Part shown: positions 1-8,530 of the stretch, in pieces
How the letters are laid out: the number at the start of each line of letters is the position of its first letter
Numbering within the stretch: position 1 is the first letter of the stretch
Assembly: GCA_046595075.1 (NCBI GenBank)
Contig: JBKJPT010000098.1
Coordinates: 1-54,857 of the forward strand
Origin: Flavobacteriales bacterium
GTDB lineage: Bacteria; Bacteroidota; Bacteroidia; Flavobacteriales_F; PHOS-HE28
DNA: 54,857 bases
Reading direction: 5' to 3'
Program-made: the position numbers and the translations under genes
Notes under the pieces: generated by a model
Seen by the model: only the letters and a program-made list of their open reading frames with translations
What the model was told of the DNA's origin: nothing
Database searches by the model: none

Positions 1-875
1 GGATCGACAAGCTGTATGTGAAGTACCGCTATCAGCCGATCGCGAAAGGGCAGCGGCTCATGGATCTCTACAGCAAGGAACTGCTCACGGCCGAGCAGAA
101 CTATTTGTTCCTGCTGGAACAGGACAAGGACAACGCGACGATGATCGCTTCCGCTGCGGAGAAGCTTGCACTGCTGGGCTTTTCCACCGACCAGCTGAAT
201 GAATTGAAGCGCACACGGATCGCCGACCCCAAGGTGGCCGTGTACGGTGCGTACAGTGGCTATCTGATCGAGGACGATCCCACGCTTTCCACCGGAGCGA
301 AAGGCGGCATGGAAGCAGGCGCGCCGCAAGAAGAAGCGATGCGCTTGCGCGAAGGCATGTACGTGGCGAAGGGAAGCACCGTGTTCCGCATCGTGAACAC
401 CAGCACGGTCTGGGCCTCGCTCAACCTGCATTCCGGTGATGGACAGGACCGCGTGCGCAAGGGCCAGAACATTGTTCTACGCATCGATGGTCTGGACGGC
501 GATAGCGTGCCGGGCACAGTGGCTTTCCTCGAACCGGTCTACCGCGAAGGGCTCGCCACGCTCTCCCTGCGCGTGATCGTGCCGAACGCAAATGGGCACA
601 TCATCGTCGGAAGCCGGGTATCGTCGGTGATCACTGGAGACCCCGTGAGCGGTTCCTTCATCCCGGCATCGGCCGTCGTCAGCACCGGAGAACAGCAAGT
701 GGCCTTCGTGAAACACGGTGCGCGTTTCCATGCGCGCAAGATCCAACTCGGTGTTCGCTCCGGTGAATGGGTGCAGGTGCTGGCGGGCATCGCGCCCACC
801 GACACGCTTGCGGAGAACGGCCAGTTGCTCATCGACAGTGAAAGTTTCGTGCGCACAACAGGGAACGAACCATGA
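1..875 (+). CDS. Efflux RND periplasmic adaptor (membrane-fusion protein, CusB/HlyD-like). 5' end lies outside the window.
   Basis: The frame is open from the window edge (in frame from nt 3: IDKLYVKYRYQP...). The ORF-track protein 18..875 has the C-terminal beta-barrel/membrane-proximal layout of HlyD/CusB-type adaptors (GQNIVLRIDG..GTVAFLEPVY..VQVLAGI..LLIDSES). Its stop overlaps the next start (ATGA at 872-875). Confidence 0.75.
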   Translation, partial: IDKLYVKYRYQPIAKGQRLMDLYSKELLTAEQNYLFLLEQDKDNATMIASAAEKLALLGFSTDQLNELKRTRIADPKVAVYGAYSGYLIEDDPTLSTGAKGGMEAGAPQEEAMRLREGMYVAKGSTVFRIVNTSTVWASLNLHSGDGQDRVRKGQNIVLRIDGLDGDSVPGTVAFLEPVYREGLATLSLRVIVPNANGHIIVGSRVSSVITGDPVSGSFIPASAVVSTGEQQVAFVKHGARFHARKIQLGVRSGEWVQVLAGIAPTDTLAENGQLLIDSESFVRTTGNEP

Positions 876-2014
876 GAACCCTCACCATCGCGCTACTTCT
901 TCTGATGCTGTTCGCATGCGACAGCAAGGAACCCGAACAAGCCATGCCCGCCATGGCGGATATGCCGGGCATGGAGGGCATGACGGACACGTCAACGCTA
1001 ATCGCCGCGCCGGATAGCGGTCTTCACCTCAGCGATCAGCAGATCCTGCTCGGCAACATCCATGTGGATACCGTGGCCGTTCACTCCATGGGCTTGGACG
1101 TGCTGCTCAACGGCACGCTGGCGGTGGATCAGGATCGCATCAGTATGATCAGCACGCGCGTGATGGGCCGCGTGGACCAGCTCTTCGTGAAGAGCCTCGG
1201 CGAGCGCGTGGAGAAAGGACAACCGCTGTACGCCATCTACAGTGAGGACCTGAATGCCACAGTGAACGAACTGCTGCTGGCGCGCGACAAGTCGCAGCAA
1301 CTCACCACGGGCATCATCGACTTGGGCCAGCTGGTGCAGACCGCGCGCAACAAGCTCCTGTTCTACGGATTGAACGAAGCGCAAGTGGATGAATTGGCGA
1401 AAGCGGAAAAGGCACCGGTGCTGATCACCTTTCTCAGTCCGGTCAGTGGCATCGTTACCGAACTGTCGTTGCGCGAAGGTGACCGCGTGATGGAAGGCGG
1501 CGGCATCATGACCATCGCGGCCCTCAATACCCTTTGGGTGGAGGCGCAGGCCTATCCGATGGATCGCAAGCGCATCCGCCAGGGCATGTCTGCGGAAGTG
1601 CGCATTCCCGCCCGACCCGGACTCACGCTGTCGGGCACGATCAATTTCCTGAACCCGGCGCTTGATGCCGCCACCATCATCGATCCCGTGCGCATCGTGA
1701 TCAACAACACCGATGGCGAACTGCGCCCCGGCATGCAGGCGTACGTGCGCATCATCCTTCAACAGGATACAGTCCTCGCCGTGCCCACCAACGCGGTGCT
1801 TTGGGATGGTCAGGGTGCCACCGTGTGGGTGCGCACGGGGCACAACATCTTCAAGAGCGTGATGGTGAAGACCGGCATGGAAGCGGATGAACTCACGGAG
1901 ATCATCAGCGGTCTGCAACGCGGCGATGCGGTGGTGATCTCCGGTGCCTACCTGCTGAACAGCGAGTACAAGTTCAAAAGCGGAACGGATCCGATGTCGG
2001 GGATGAAGATGTAG
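872..2014 (+). CDS. Efflux RND periplasmic adaptor subunit (CusB-like lipoprotein), second tandem copy
   Basis: N-terminal lipoprotein-type signal (LLLLMLFACDS). HlyD-like core: ISTRVMGRVDQLFVKSLGERVEKGQPLYAIYSEDL, a coiled-coil hairpin segment, then PGMQAYVRI and GDAVVISGAYLLNSEY. Sits in a copper/heavy-metal gene context. Confidence 0.85.
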   Translation: MRTLTIALLLLMLFACDSKEPEQAMPAMADMPGMEGMTDTSTLIAAPDSGLHLSDQQILLGNIHVDTVAVHSMGLDVLLNGTLAVDQDRISMISTRVMGRVDQLFVKSLGERVEKGQPLYAIYSEDLNATVNELLLARDKSQQLTTGIIDLGQLVQTARNKLLFYGLNEAQVDELAKAEKAPVLITFLSPVSGIVTELSLREGDRVMEGGGIMTIAALNTLWVEAQAYPMDRKRIRQGMSAEVRIPARPGLTLSGTINFLNPALDAATIIDPVRIVINNTDGELRPGMQAYVRIILQQDTVLAVPTNAVLWDGQGATVWVRTGHNIFKSVMVKTGMEADELTEIISGLQRGDAVVISGAYLLNSEYKFKSGTDPMSGMKM

Positions 2015-2129
2015 ATCGGGAACCCATGGAACGGCACTTGCCCCTGCGGCTTGTAAGTCTTTCCCGCAACCATGTAAGGCCCACCGCCCTTGGCGAACCT
2101 TTCTTTGCACTCTATTCCACAAAACCCCT

Positions 2130-2267
2130 GTGAACACGCACACCATCACCCTCCCGATCCTCGACATGAACAGCCCGCATTGCGCCACGTGTGTGAAGAA
2201 GGCCATCACATCTGCCGGCGTAGTGAGCAATAGCTTGCGATTCAAATTGGCGAAGCTGGACAAGTGA
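2130..2267 (+). CDS. 45-codon ORF with GTG start resembling the first half of a heavy-metal-associated (HMA) domain. May be a remnant.
   Basis: My translation: VNTHTITLPILDMNSPHCATCVKKAITSAGVVSNSLRFKLAKLDK*. It contains a CxxC metal-binding loop (HCATC) in the usual beta1-loop-alpha1 position of HMA domains and stops after about 45 aa. It is too short for the supplied ORF track. Confidence 0.3.
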   Translation: MNTHTITLPILDMNSPHCATCVKKAITSAGVVSNSLRFKLAKLDK

Positions 2268-2286
2268 TCTCAACAGAACCAACGAC

Positions 2287-2670
2287 ATGAATTCTTCAAC
2301 CCTGTTCCTCCTCATTCCGATGGCCGTGCTGTTCGGTAGCTGCGGGTCGATCGACAATGCCGCTACTACCGCGGTGCTCATCAACGGAAACTGCGGCATG
2401 TGCGAGAAGACCATTGAAGCCGCTGCGGATGTGGATGGTCTCTCCACCGCCGATTGGGACAAGACCACGCGCAAGGCGGTGATCACCTACGATAGCACGC
2501 GCACCACTTCGCGTGCGATCCTTCAACGCATCGCTGCTGCTGGTTACGATAGCCAGGAGTTCCTGGCTAATGATGCAGCCTACGAGAACCTTCCCAACTG
2601 TTGCCAGTACGATCGAACGGGTACGGCCATTGCAGCACCGGACCCCAAGGATGCACGCAAGCACCATTGA
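2287..2670 (+). CDS. HMA-like metal-binding lipoprotein (CxxC plus CCQ motifs)
   Basis: Lipobox-like signal (AVLFGSCGS). INGNCGMCEKTIE is an HMA-type CxxC. A second Cys pair is in NLPNCCQYDR. It is a paralog of the N-terminal domain of the next gene. Confidence 0.8.
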   Translation: MNSSTLFLLIPMAVLFGSCGSIDNAATTAVLINGNCGMCEKTIEAAADVDGLSTADWDKTTRKAVITYDSTRTTSRAILQRIAAAGYDSQEFLANDAAYENLPNCCQYDRTGTAIAAPDPKDARKHH

Positions 2671-2689
2671 ACCAACAACCTCTATTCCG

Positions 2690-3568
2690 ATGAACACCAT
2701 GAGAACCTCCTTCTTGCCTGTCACACTCGTCGGTCTGTTGATGTGGACGGGCTGCGCCGCGCAGATGAAACACGCCAAGTCCGAAACCGTGCGCATCAAT
2801 GGCGACTGCGACATGTGCAAGACGCGGATCGAGAAGGTCGCCTTCGTGAAAGGCGAAGCACAAGCTGTGTGGGACACCGATGCGAAAACAGCCGTGGTGA
2901 CCTACGACAGTACCCGCACCACACTGGACGCCGTACTACAGCGCGTGGCGCAAGCAGGCTACGACAACCAAGCGTACCGCGCGCCAGATCCTGCTTACGC
3001 CAGTCTGCCCGGTTGCTGCCAGTACGAACGTGCGAAGCCGCGCAGCACCAGCGAAGAAGCCAACCAACAACCCGGACATGTGCATCACGATGCCCATGCC
3101 GATGTACCAGCACCAACACCCGCGACCACACAGAACGTTGTTGACCCCATCAAGCCGGTCTTCGATGCCTACTTCGCGCTGAAGAACGCGCTGGTCGCAT
3201 CGGATGGCGCCAAGGCGAAGCAACATGCTGAAGCCTTGGACGGTGCCATGCACTCCGTGGATGCCACCAAGTTGACTGCGGCTCAACAGGCCATGTGGAC
3301 CGAGGTGATGACCGCGACCATGCCTTCCTTGCATCCGTTGAGCGAGACAGCCGACCTGGAGAAGCAACGCGCGTTGTTCGTGAAACTCGCCGCACCCATG
3401 GCACAACTCGCCAAGGCCGTTCCGCAGGAGGCGGCCATCTACGTGGATCATTGCCCCATGTACAACGGTGGCGCCGACTGGCTCAGCTTGGAGAAGGGCA
3501 TCAAGAACCCATACTACGGCTCCGCGATGATGACGTGTGGTAGCGTGAAGGAAACGATCGCGAAGTGA
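2690..3568 (+). CDS. HMA-like domain fused to a DUF3347-type domain (heavy-metal-associated protein)
   Basis: The ORF-track ORF starts at 2513. I trimmed it to the ATG at 2690, which precedes a signal/lipobox (LVGLLMWTGCAAQ). Motifs: INGDCDMCKTRIE and SLPGCCQYER. The C-terminal part (YVDHCPMYNGGADWLSLEKGIKNPYYGSAMMTCGSV) is characteristic of DUF3347 proteins found in metal-resistance loci. Confidence 0.8.
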   Translation: MNTMRTSFLPVTLVGLLMWTGCAAQMKHAKSETVRINGDCDMCKTRIEKVAFVKGEAQAVWDTDAKTAVVTYDSTRTTLDAVLQRVAQAGYDNQAYRAPDPAYASLPGCCQYERAKPRSTSEEANQQPGHVHHDAHADVPAPTPATTQNVVDPIKPVFDAYFALKNALVASDGAKAKQHAEALDGAMHSVDATKLTAAQQAMWTEVMTATMPSLHPLSETADLEKQRALFVKLAAPMAQLAKAVPQEAAIYVDHCPMYNGGADWLSLEKGIKNPYYGSAMMTCGSVKETIAK

Positions 3569-5880
3569 GGGCGGCCATCGCATTGTGTGTGCTGTTCTGC
3601 GGATCAGCGATCGCGACTTTCGCACAGACGGATCATACCAGGCCGTTAGGCAGTTCGCTGATCGAAGGCGACTTCACCCCGAAGACCACGCGCTACGAAC
3701 TCACCATCAGCGATACGCTGGTGAACTTCACCGGCAAGCCACGCAAAGCCTTCGCAGTGAATGGTCAGTTGCCGATGCCCACGCTCACCTTCACCGAAGG
3801 GGACACCGCGTTGATCGTGGTACACAACGCCATGGCGAAGGAGGAAAGCTCTTTGCATTGGCACGGTCTGATCTTGCCCAACCAGTTCGACGGCGTGCCT
3901 TACCTCACCACCGCGCCGATCAAGGCCGGAACAACGGTCGAGTACAAGTTCCCGTTAGTGCAGAACGGCACTTACTGGTACCATTCGCACACCGATGTGC
4001 AGGAACAGAACGGCATGTACGGCGCGCTCATTATCCACAAGCGCGAAAAGCCAATGATGCCAGAACATGTCGTTATCCTCAGCGAATGGACGGACATGAA
4101 ACCGAAGGAAGTCCACCGTCGTCTTCACAGTGCGAACGATTGGAGCGCGATCAAGAAGCAGCGGATCCGGCCGGGCACGGTGCAGAGTTACAGCGATGCG
4201 ATCAAGGATGGTGCGTTGGGCATCAAGATCACCAACGAGTGGAAGCGCATGAACGCCATGGATGTGAGCGACGTCTACTACGACCTGCTCTTCGCCAACG
4301 GCAAGCCCGTGGATGAAGCACCGCAGTTCAAGGCTGGGGAGCGTGTGCGCGTGCGGTTGATCAACGGGGGCGCGAGCAGCTACTTCTGGATCACCTACGC
4401 CGGTGGCAAGATGACCGTGGTGGCCAGCGATGGCATCGATGTGGAGCCGGTGGAAGTGGACCGCTTCATCATGGGTGTGGCCGAGACCTACGACATCATC
4501 GTCACACTACCCGATGACAGCACTGCGTACGAACTGCTGGCCACCAGCGAAGACCGTGTGCGTTCCACTTCAGTGTGGCTCGGGTCAGGCATCAAGCAGT
4601 TGGCCATGCCGTTGGCCCCGCTCAAGTATTTCGCCGGCATGGAAATGATGAACGGCATGATGAAGATGAACGGCAACCTCGATGACATGGGGATGAACAT
4701 GAGCCTTCAACAGATGGACATGAACGTGGTGATGTACCCCGAGATCACGGGTGCGCCGCAAAAGAAGGCGAAGAGTGATAAGATGGATCATCATGAAATG
4801 CATAAGGACATGGACCACGGCGCGGGCGGAATGGGCGATATGTACAAGAGCAATGTGCTTTCGGACATCGTCACGCTCAACTACGCCATGCTGCGCGCGC
4901 CCAAGAGCACGGCCATGCCACCGGGGCCTTTGAAGGAGATGCGCTTCGAGCTCACCGGCAACATGAACCGATACCTGTGGGCCATCGACAACAAGACCGT
5001 GTCGGAGACCGACCGCATCCTGATCCGCAAGGGCGAGAACGTGCGCATCATCCTGCACAATAACAGCATGATGCGGCACCCCATGCACCTGCACGGCCAC
5101 TTCTTCCGCGTGGTGAACGGGCAAGGGGATCATTCGCCGCTGAAGAACGTGCTGGACATCATGCCGATGGAGACCGATACCATTGAGTTCGCGGCCACGG
5201 AGGATGGCGACTGGTTCTTCCACTGCCACATCCTCTACCACATGATGAGCGGCATGGGCCGCGTGTTCAGCTACGAAGGCACGCCCCCCAACCCGGCGCT
5301 GCCCGATGCGAAGAAGGCCGCCCGACTCTTCGCCCGCGACGACAAGGCTTGGCACTTCATGGCGCAGAACGACTTCGCCACGAACGGCAACGATGGTGAG
5401 GCCATGTACATGAACAAGCGCTGGAATCTGCAGAGCGAATGGCGCCTGGGCTACACGGAGATGCACGGCCAGGAGGTGGAGACCCATTTCGGCCGCTACT
5501 TCGGCAAGATGCAATGGCTCTTCGTGAACGCCGGCCTGGACTGGCGGACGCGTGACGGACACGGAGGCAAGGATCCGGAGGACAACCTCTTCGGGCAGAC
5601 CAACACCAAGAATAGCCGGAGCGTGGGGCACATCGGTTTCCAATACACCCTGCCGATGCTCCTGGTCCTTGACCTGCGCATCGACACCGATGGCCAGCTC
5701 CGCTCCCAACTGATGCGTGAGGACATCCCGCTAACGCCCCGTCTGCGCCTGGACCTGATGGGCAACACCGACCTGGAGTACATGGCCGGCTTGCGCTATG
5801 TGTTGGACAAGACGTGGGCAGTTAGAACCCACTACGATAGCGACATGGGGCTTGGGGTGGGGGTGACAGTGAACTACTAG
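3565..5880 (+). CDS. Multicopper oxidase (CopA/CueO-like) with a Met-rich insert and a roughly 200-aa C-terminal beta-rich extension
   Basis: All four copper-ligand motifs are present: HWHG, WYHSH, HPMHLHGH, HCHILYHMMSGM. Met-rich segment: MEMMNGMMKMNGNLDDMGMNMSLQQMDMNVVM. GTG start overlaps the previous stop (GTGA). Signal peptide ends ..ATFAQ. Confidence 0.9.
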   Translation: MRAAIALCVLFCGSAIATFAQTDHTRPLGSSLIEGDFTPKTTRYELTISDTLVNFTGKPRKAFAVNGQLPMPTLTFTEGDTALIVVHNAMAKEESSLHWHGLILPNQFDGVPYLTTAPIKAGTTVEYKFPLVQNGTYWYHSHTDVQEQNGMYGALIIHKREKPMMPEHVVILSEWTDMKPKEVHRRLHSANDWSAIKKQRIRPGTVQSYSDAIKDGALGIKITNEWKRMNAMDVSDVYYDLLFANGKPVDEAPQFKAGERVRVRLINGGASSYFWITYAGGKMTVVASDGIDVEPVEVDRFIMGVAETYDIIVTLPDDSTAYELLATSEDRVRSTSVWLGSGIKQLAMPLAPLKYFAGMEMMNGMMKMNGNLDDMGMNMSLQQMDMNVVMYPEITGAPQKKAKSDKMDHHEMHKDMDHGAGGMGDMYKSNVLSDIVTLNYAMLRAPKSTAMPPGPLKEMRFELTGNMNRYLWAIDNKTVSETDRILIRKGENVRIILHNNSMMRHPMHLHGHFFRVVNGQGDHSPLKNVLDIMPMETDTIEFAATEDGDWFFHCHILYHMMSGMGRVFSYEGTPPNPALPDAKKAARLFARDDKAWHFMAQNDFATNGNDGEAMYMNKRWNLQSEWRLGYTEMHGQEVETHFGRYFGKMQWLFVNAGLDWRTRDGHGGKDPEDNLFGQTNTKNSRSVGHIGFQYTLPMLLVLDLRIDTDGQLRSQLMREDIPLTPRLRLDLMGNTDLEYMAGLRYVLDKTWAVRTHYDSDMGLGVGVTVNY

Positions 5881-5913
5881 CGGCCCTCGCACCTCGTGCG
5901 CGTGGCCGGATGC

Positions 5914-6681
5914 TCATTCGCGCACGAAGCGGAACACGTGCGAGGTTGCGCCGTTGCTCGGGTCGGTGACCAGAACCGCATAGGCCCCTTCTGCAAGCGA
6001 ACCAAGTGATATGGTTTCGCCGATGCGAACGGACCGAGTGAACATCATTCGGCCTACTGCGTCCATCAATGTCATATGCATAGAACTTCCAAGGCCCCAA
6101 GGGATGCCGCTGGGCGCAAGCGAAAGGGTTGAAGTGCTTGGATCATAGTGGACATGGTGGTTGTTCTCTTGGCGTTCCCCCAGACCGATGGATAGTGCGC
6201 TGGCAATAGCCCCCTCCACATGGCTTTGAGTTGAGGGGATGTAACCGTGCTGTACCAGTAGAACTTGGTGGTCGTTGCCCGCGAGTACCACGATCGTCGG
6301 CATACCGATGCCGCCATAGTAGGCCACCTGATCCGCGCCGTTGGCGAACGTGGCCGATGGCGTGAATCCATTGTCCATGTCCCATTCCTCCATCATCGCA
6401 CAGGTGTAAGTATCGCTGTATCCCCAAGCGTACCACTTCACCAGGCCGGGATGTTCCAGCTCATGGGCGTTCAGCACATTCTGAAGTACGTTCCCAGCGT
6501 CGATGCACGGCGAACAAGCGACCATGGCGAACTCGAGGATGATGATCTTACCACCATCAAGCTCATCGAACAGGTGATGGCTCGTTCCAGTGCAATCATC
6601 CAAGGTGAAGTCCAAAGCTGTGGATTGCGCAGTGCTCGCCAACGTGGAAAGCAACAAGAGGCAAAGGCATAAGGGGCGCAT
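5914..6681 (-). CDS. Thioredoxin-fold (TlpA/redoxin-like, CSPC active site) protein with a T9SS C-terminal sorting domain
   Basis: Trimmed to the ATG at 6681 (MRPLCLCLLLLSTLASTAQS signal). Redoxin-like pattern: DFTLDDCTGTSHHLFDELDGGKIIILEFAMVACSPC ... GMPTIVVL. The last 80 aa or so have the Por_Secre_tail pattern (LMDAVGRMMF..ISLGSLAEGAYAVLV). Confidence 0.7.
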   Translation of the reverse strand: MRPLCLCLLLLSTLASTAQSTALDFTLDDCTGTSHHLFDELDGGKIIILEFAMVACSPCIDAGNVLQNVLNAHELEHPGLVKWYAWGYSDTYTCAMMEEWDMDNGFTPSATFANGADQVAYYGGIGMPTIVVLAGNDHQVLLVQHGYIPSTQSHVEGAIASALSIGLGERQENNHHVHYDPSTSTLSLAPSGIPWGLGSSMHMTLMDAVGRMMFTRSVRIGETISLGSLAEGAYAVLVTDPSNGATSHVFRFVRE

Positions 6682-6768
6682 CGGATTTCTGGTTTCGCGG
6701 CAGGCCGAAGATGGTGAAGTTCGCACTTGCGCGCTGAGAAGTGGGGCAAGCTGCTAACCTTTGCACCC

Positions 6769-7959
6769 ATGTACGGAAGCATTAAGCAGCACCTCGCCAG
6801 CGAACTCAAGTCCATTGAGGACGCCGGGCTTTTCAAGCGCGAACGCGTGATCACCAGTGATCAAGCCGCGGAGATCACCGTCAATGGCAAGCAGGTGCTG
6901 AACTTCTGCGCGAACAACTACCTAGGCCTTTCCTCACATCCCGAAGTGATCGCCGCCGCGCATGCGGCGCTGGACAGTCATGGTTTCGGCATGAGCAGCG
7001 TGCGTTTCATCTGCGGCACTCAGGACATCCACAAGGAACTGGAGCAGAAGCTCGCCGCTTTCCACGGCACAGAGGACACCATACTCTACGCCGCCTGCTT
7101 CGATGCCAATGGCGGCGTGTTCGAACCACTGCTCGGAGAGAACGACGCCATCATTAGCGATGCACTCAACCACGCCAGTATCATCGATGGCGTGCGCCTT
7201 TGCAAGGCCATGCGCTACCGGTACGCCAACAACGACATGGCCGATCTGGAGGTGCAGTTGAAGACCGCGCGTGCCGATGGTGCGCGCCACATCATCGTTG
7301 TTACCGACGGCGTCTTTAGCATGGACGGTATAGTGGCCGACCTCAAAGGCGTGTGCGACCTAGCGGACAAGTATGATGCGCTGGTGATGGTGGACGAGTG
7401 CCATGCTGCCGGCTTCATTGGCAAGACCGGTCGGGGCAGCGTGGAGCATTGTGGAGTCATGGGCCGGGTGGACATCATCACTGGCACTTTGGGCAAGGCG
7501 CTGGGCGGCGCCATGGGGGGCTACACCACGGGTCGGAAGGAGATCATCGAAATGCTCCGCCAACGTAGCAGACCCTACCTCTTTAGCAACAGCCTGGCAC
7601 CAGCCATCGTGGGTGCGTCCATCAAGGTGATCGACCTGCTCAGCGCCAGCACAGAGCTACGCGACCGGTTGGAGAAGAACGTGGACCATTTCCGCACGGG
7701 GATCGAAAAGCTGGGCTTCAAGACCCGCGGTGCTGGAGCGGCCATAGTGCCCGTGATGCTGGGCGATGCCAAGCTGAGCCAGGTGATGGCCGATGAACTT
7801 CTGAATGAGGGCATCTATGTGATCGGATTCTTCTTTCCTGTTGTGCCCAAGGACACTGCCCGCATACGCGTGCAGTTGAGCGCAGCCCACACCCCAGCCC
7901 AAATAGACCGGGCGCTTGCGGCCTTCGGCAAGGTGGGCAAGGCCCTCGGGGTGGTATAG
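6769..7959 (+). CDS. kbl: Glycine C-acetyltransferase (2-amino-3-ketobutyrate CoA ligase)
   Basis: Trimmed to [27 protein letters not shown], the typical Kbl N-terminus, which gives a family-typical length of 396 aa. Motifs: [25 protein letters not shown], and the PLP-lysine motif GTLGKALGG. Confidence 0.9.
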   Translation: MYGSIKQHLASELKSIEDAGLFKRERVITSDQAAEITVNGKQVLNFCANNYLGLSSHPEVIAAAHAALDSHGFGMSSVRFICGTQDIHKELEQKLAAFHGTEDTILYAACFDANGGVFEPLLGENDAIISDALNHASIIDGVRLCKAMRYRYANNDMADLEVQLKTARADGARHIIVVTDGVFSMDGIVADLKGVCDLADKYDALVMVDECHAAGFIGKTGRGSVEHCGVMGRVDIITGTLGKALGGAMGGYTTGRKEIIEMLRQRSRPYLFSNSLAPAIVGASIKVIDLLSASTELRDRLEKNVDHFRTGIEKLGFKTRGAGAAIVPVMLGDAKLSQVMADELLNEGIYVIGFFFPVVPKDTARIRVQLSAAHTPAQIDRALAAFGKVGKALGVV

Positions 7960-7997
7960 GCCGGTCGGGGTTGAAGTATTTCCGGATCCAACCACTC

Positions 7998-8030
7998 TTT
8001 GTTCGTTTCCGGGAAATGCCTCTATATTCG
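7998..8030 (+). promoter_or_regulatory. Candidate Bacteroidota-type promoter upstream of rplM
   Basis: TTTG at 7998-8001 and TATATTCG at 8023-8030 (one mismatch to the TAnnTTTG -7 element), separated by 21 nt, about 44 nt upstream of the proposed GTG start. Motif match only. Confidence 0.3.
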
Positions 8031-8073
8031 CACCCCGTTTTCAAGGACCTACCTATTCAATCCCAGCAGCCCC

Positions 8074-8529
8074 GTGGCATCTACAACACACATCACCAGC
8101 ATGGCCAACAAGGCCACCGTTCAACAGGAATGGTTGCTGGTCGACGCTGAGAACGAAGTCCTTGGTCGCCTTGCCAGTAAGGTGGCCATGCTCGTTCGTG
8201 GCAAGCACAAGACCACCTTCACTCCGCACGTGAACTGTGGCGATCATGTGATCATCCTAAACTCCGAAAAGGTGCGCCTCACGGGCACCAAAATGGAGGA
8301 CAAGGAGTACCAGCGCTACAGCCTTTACCCCGGTGGACAGACCCGCACCAAGGCCAAGGACCTGAAGGCCCGCAAGCCCGAAGCACTTCTCGAGATCGCA
8401 GTGCGCGGCATGCTCCCCAAGAACCGCTTGGGTCGTCGTCTCTTCAACAACCTGCATGTGGTGGTGGGCAACAGCCACAAGCACGAAGCCCAGAAGCCCC
8501 GCAACTTCGACCTGAACACGCTCAAGTAA
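8074..8529 (+). CDS. rplM: 50S ribosomal protein L13
   Basis: Core sequence: ANKATVQQEWLLVDAENEVLGRLASKVAMLVRGKHK..PHVNCGDHVIILN..YPGG. A GTG at 8074 gives the roughly 151-aa length and the extra N-terminal segment seen in Bacteroidota L13. The first ATG is at 8101 and would give 142 aa. The start is uncertain; the end is firm. Confidence 0.9.
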   Translation: MASTTHITSMANKATVQQEWLLVDAENEVLGRLASKVAMLVRGKHKTTFTPHVNCGDHVIILNSEKVRLTGTKMEDKEYQRYSLYPGGQTRTKAKDLKARKPEALLEIAVRGMLPKNRLGRRLFNNLHVVVGNSHKHEAQKPRNFDLNTLK

Positions 8530-8530
8530 G

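Noticed and set aside
1-5880. The copper/heavy-metal island as a mobile element or genomic island.
   Set aside because: No transposase, integrase, tRNA attachment site or flanking direct repeats are visible in the window. The left boundary lies outside the window, so mobility cannot be assessed.
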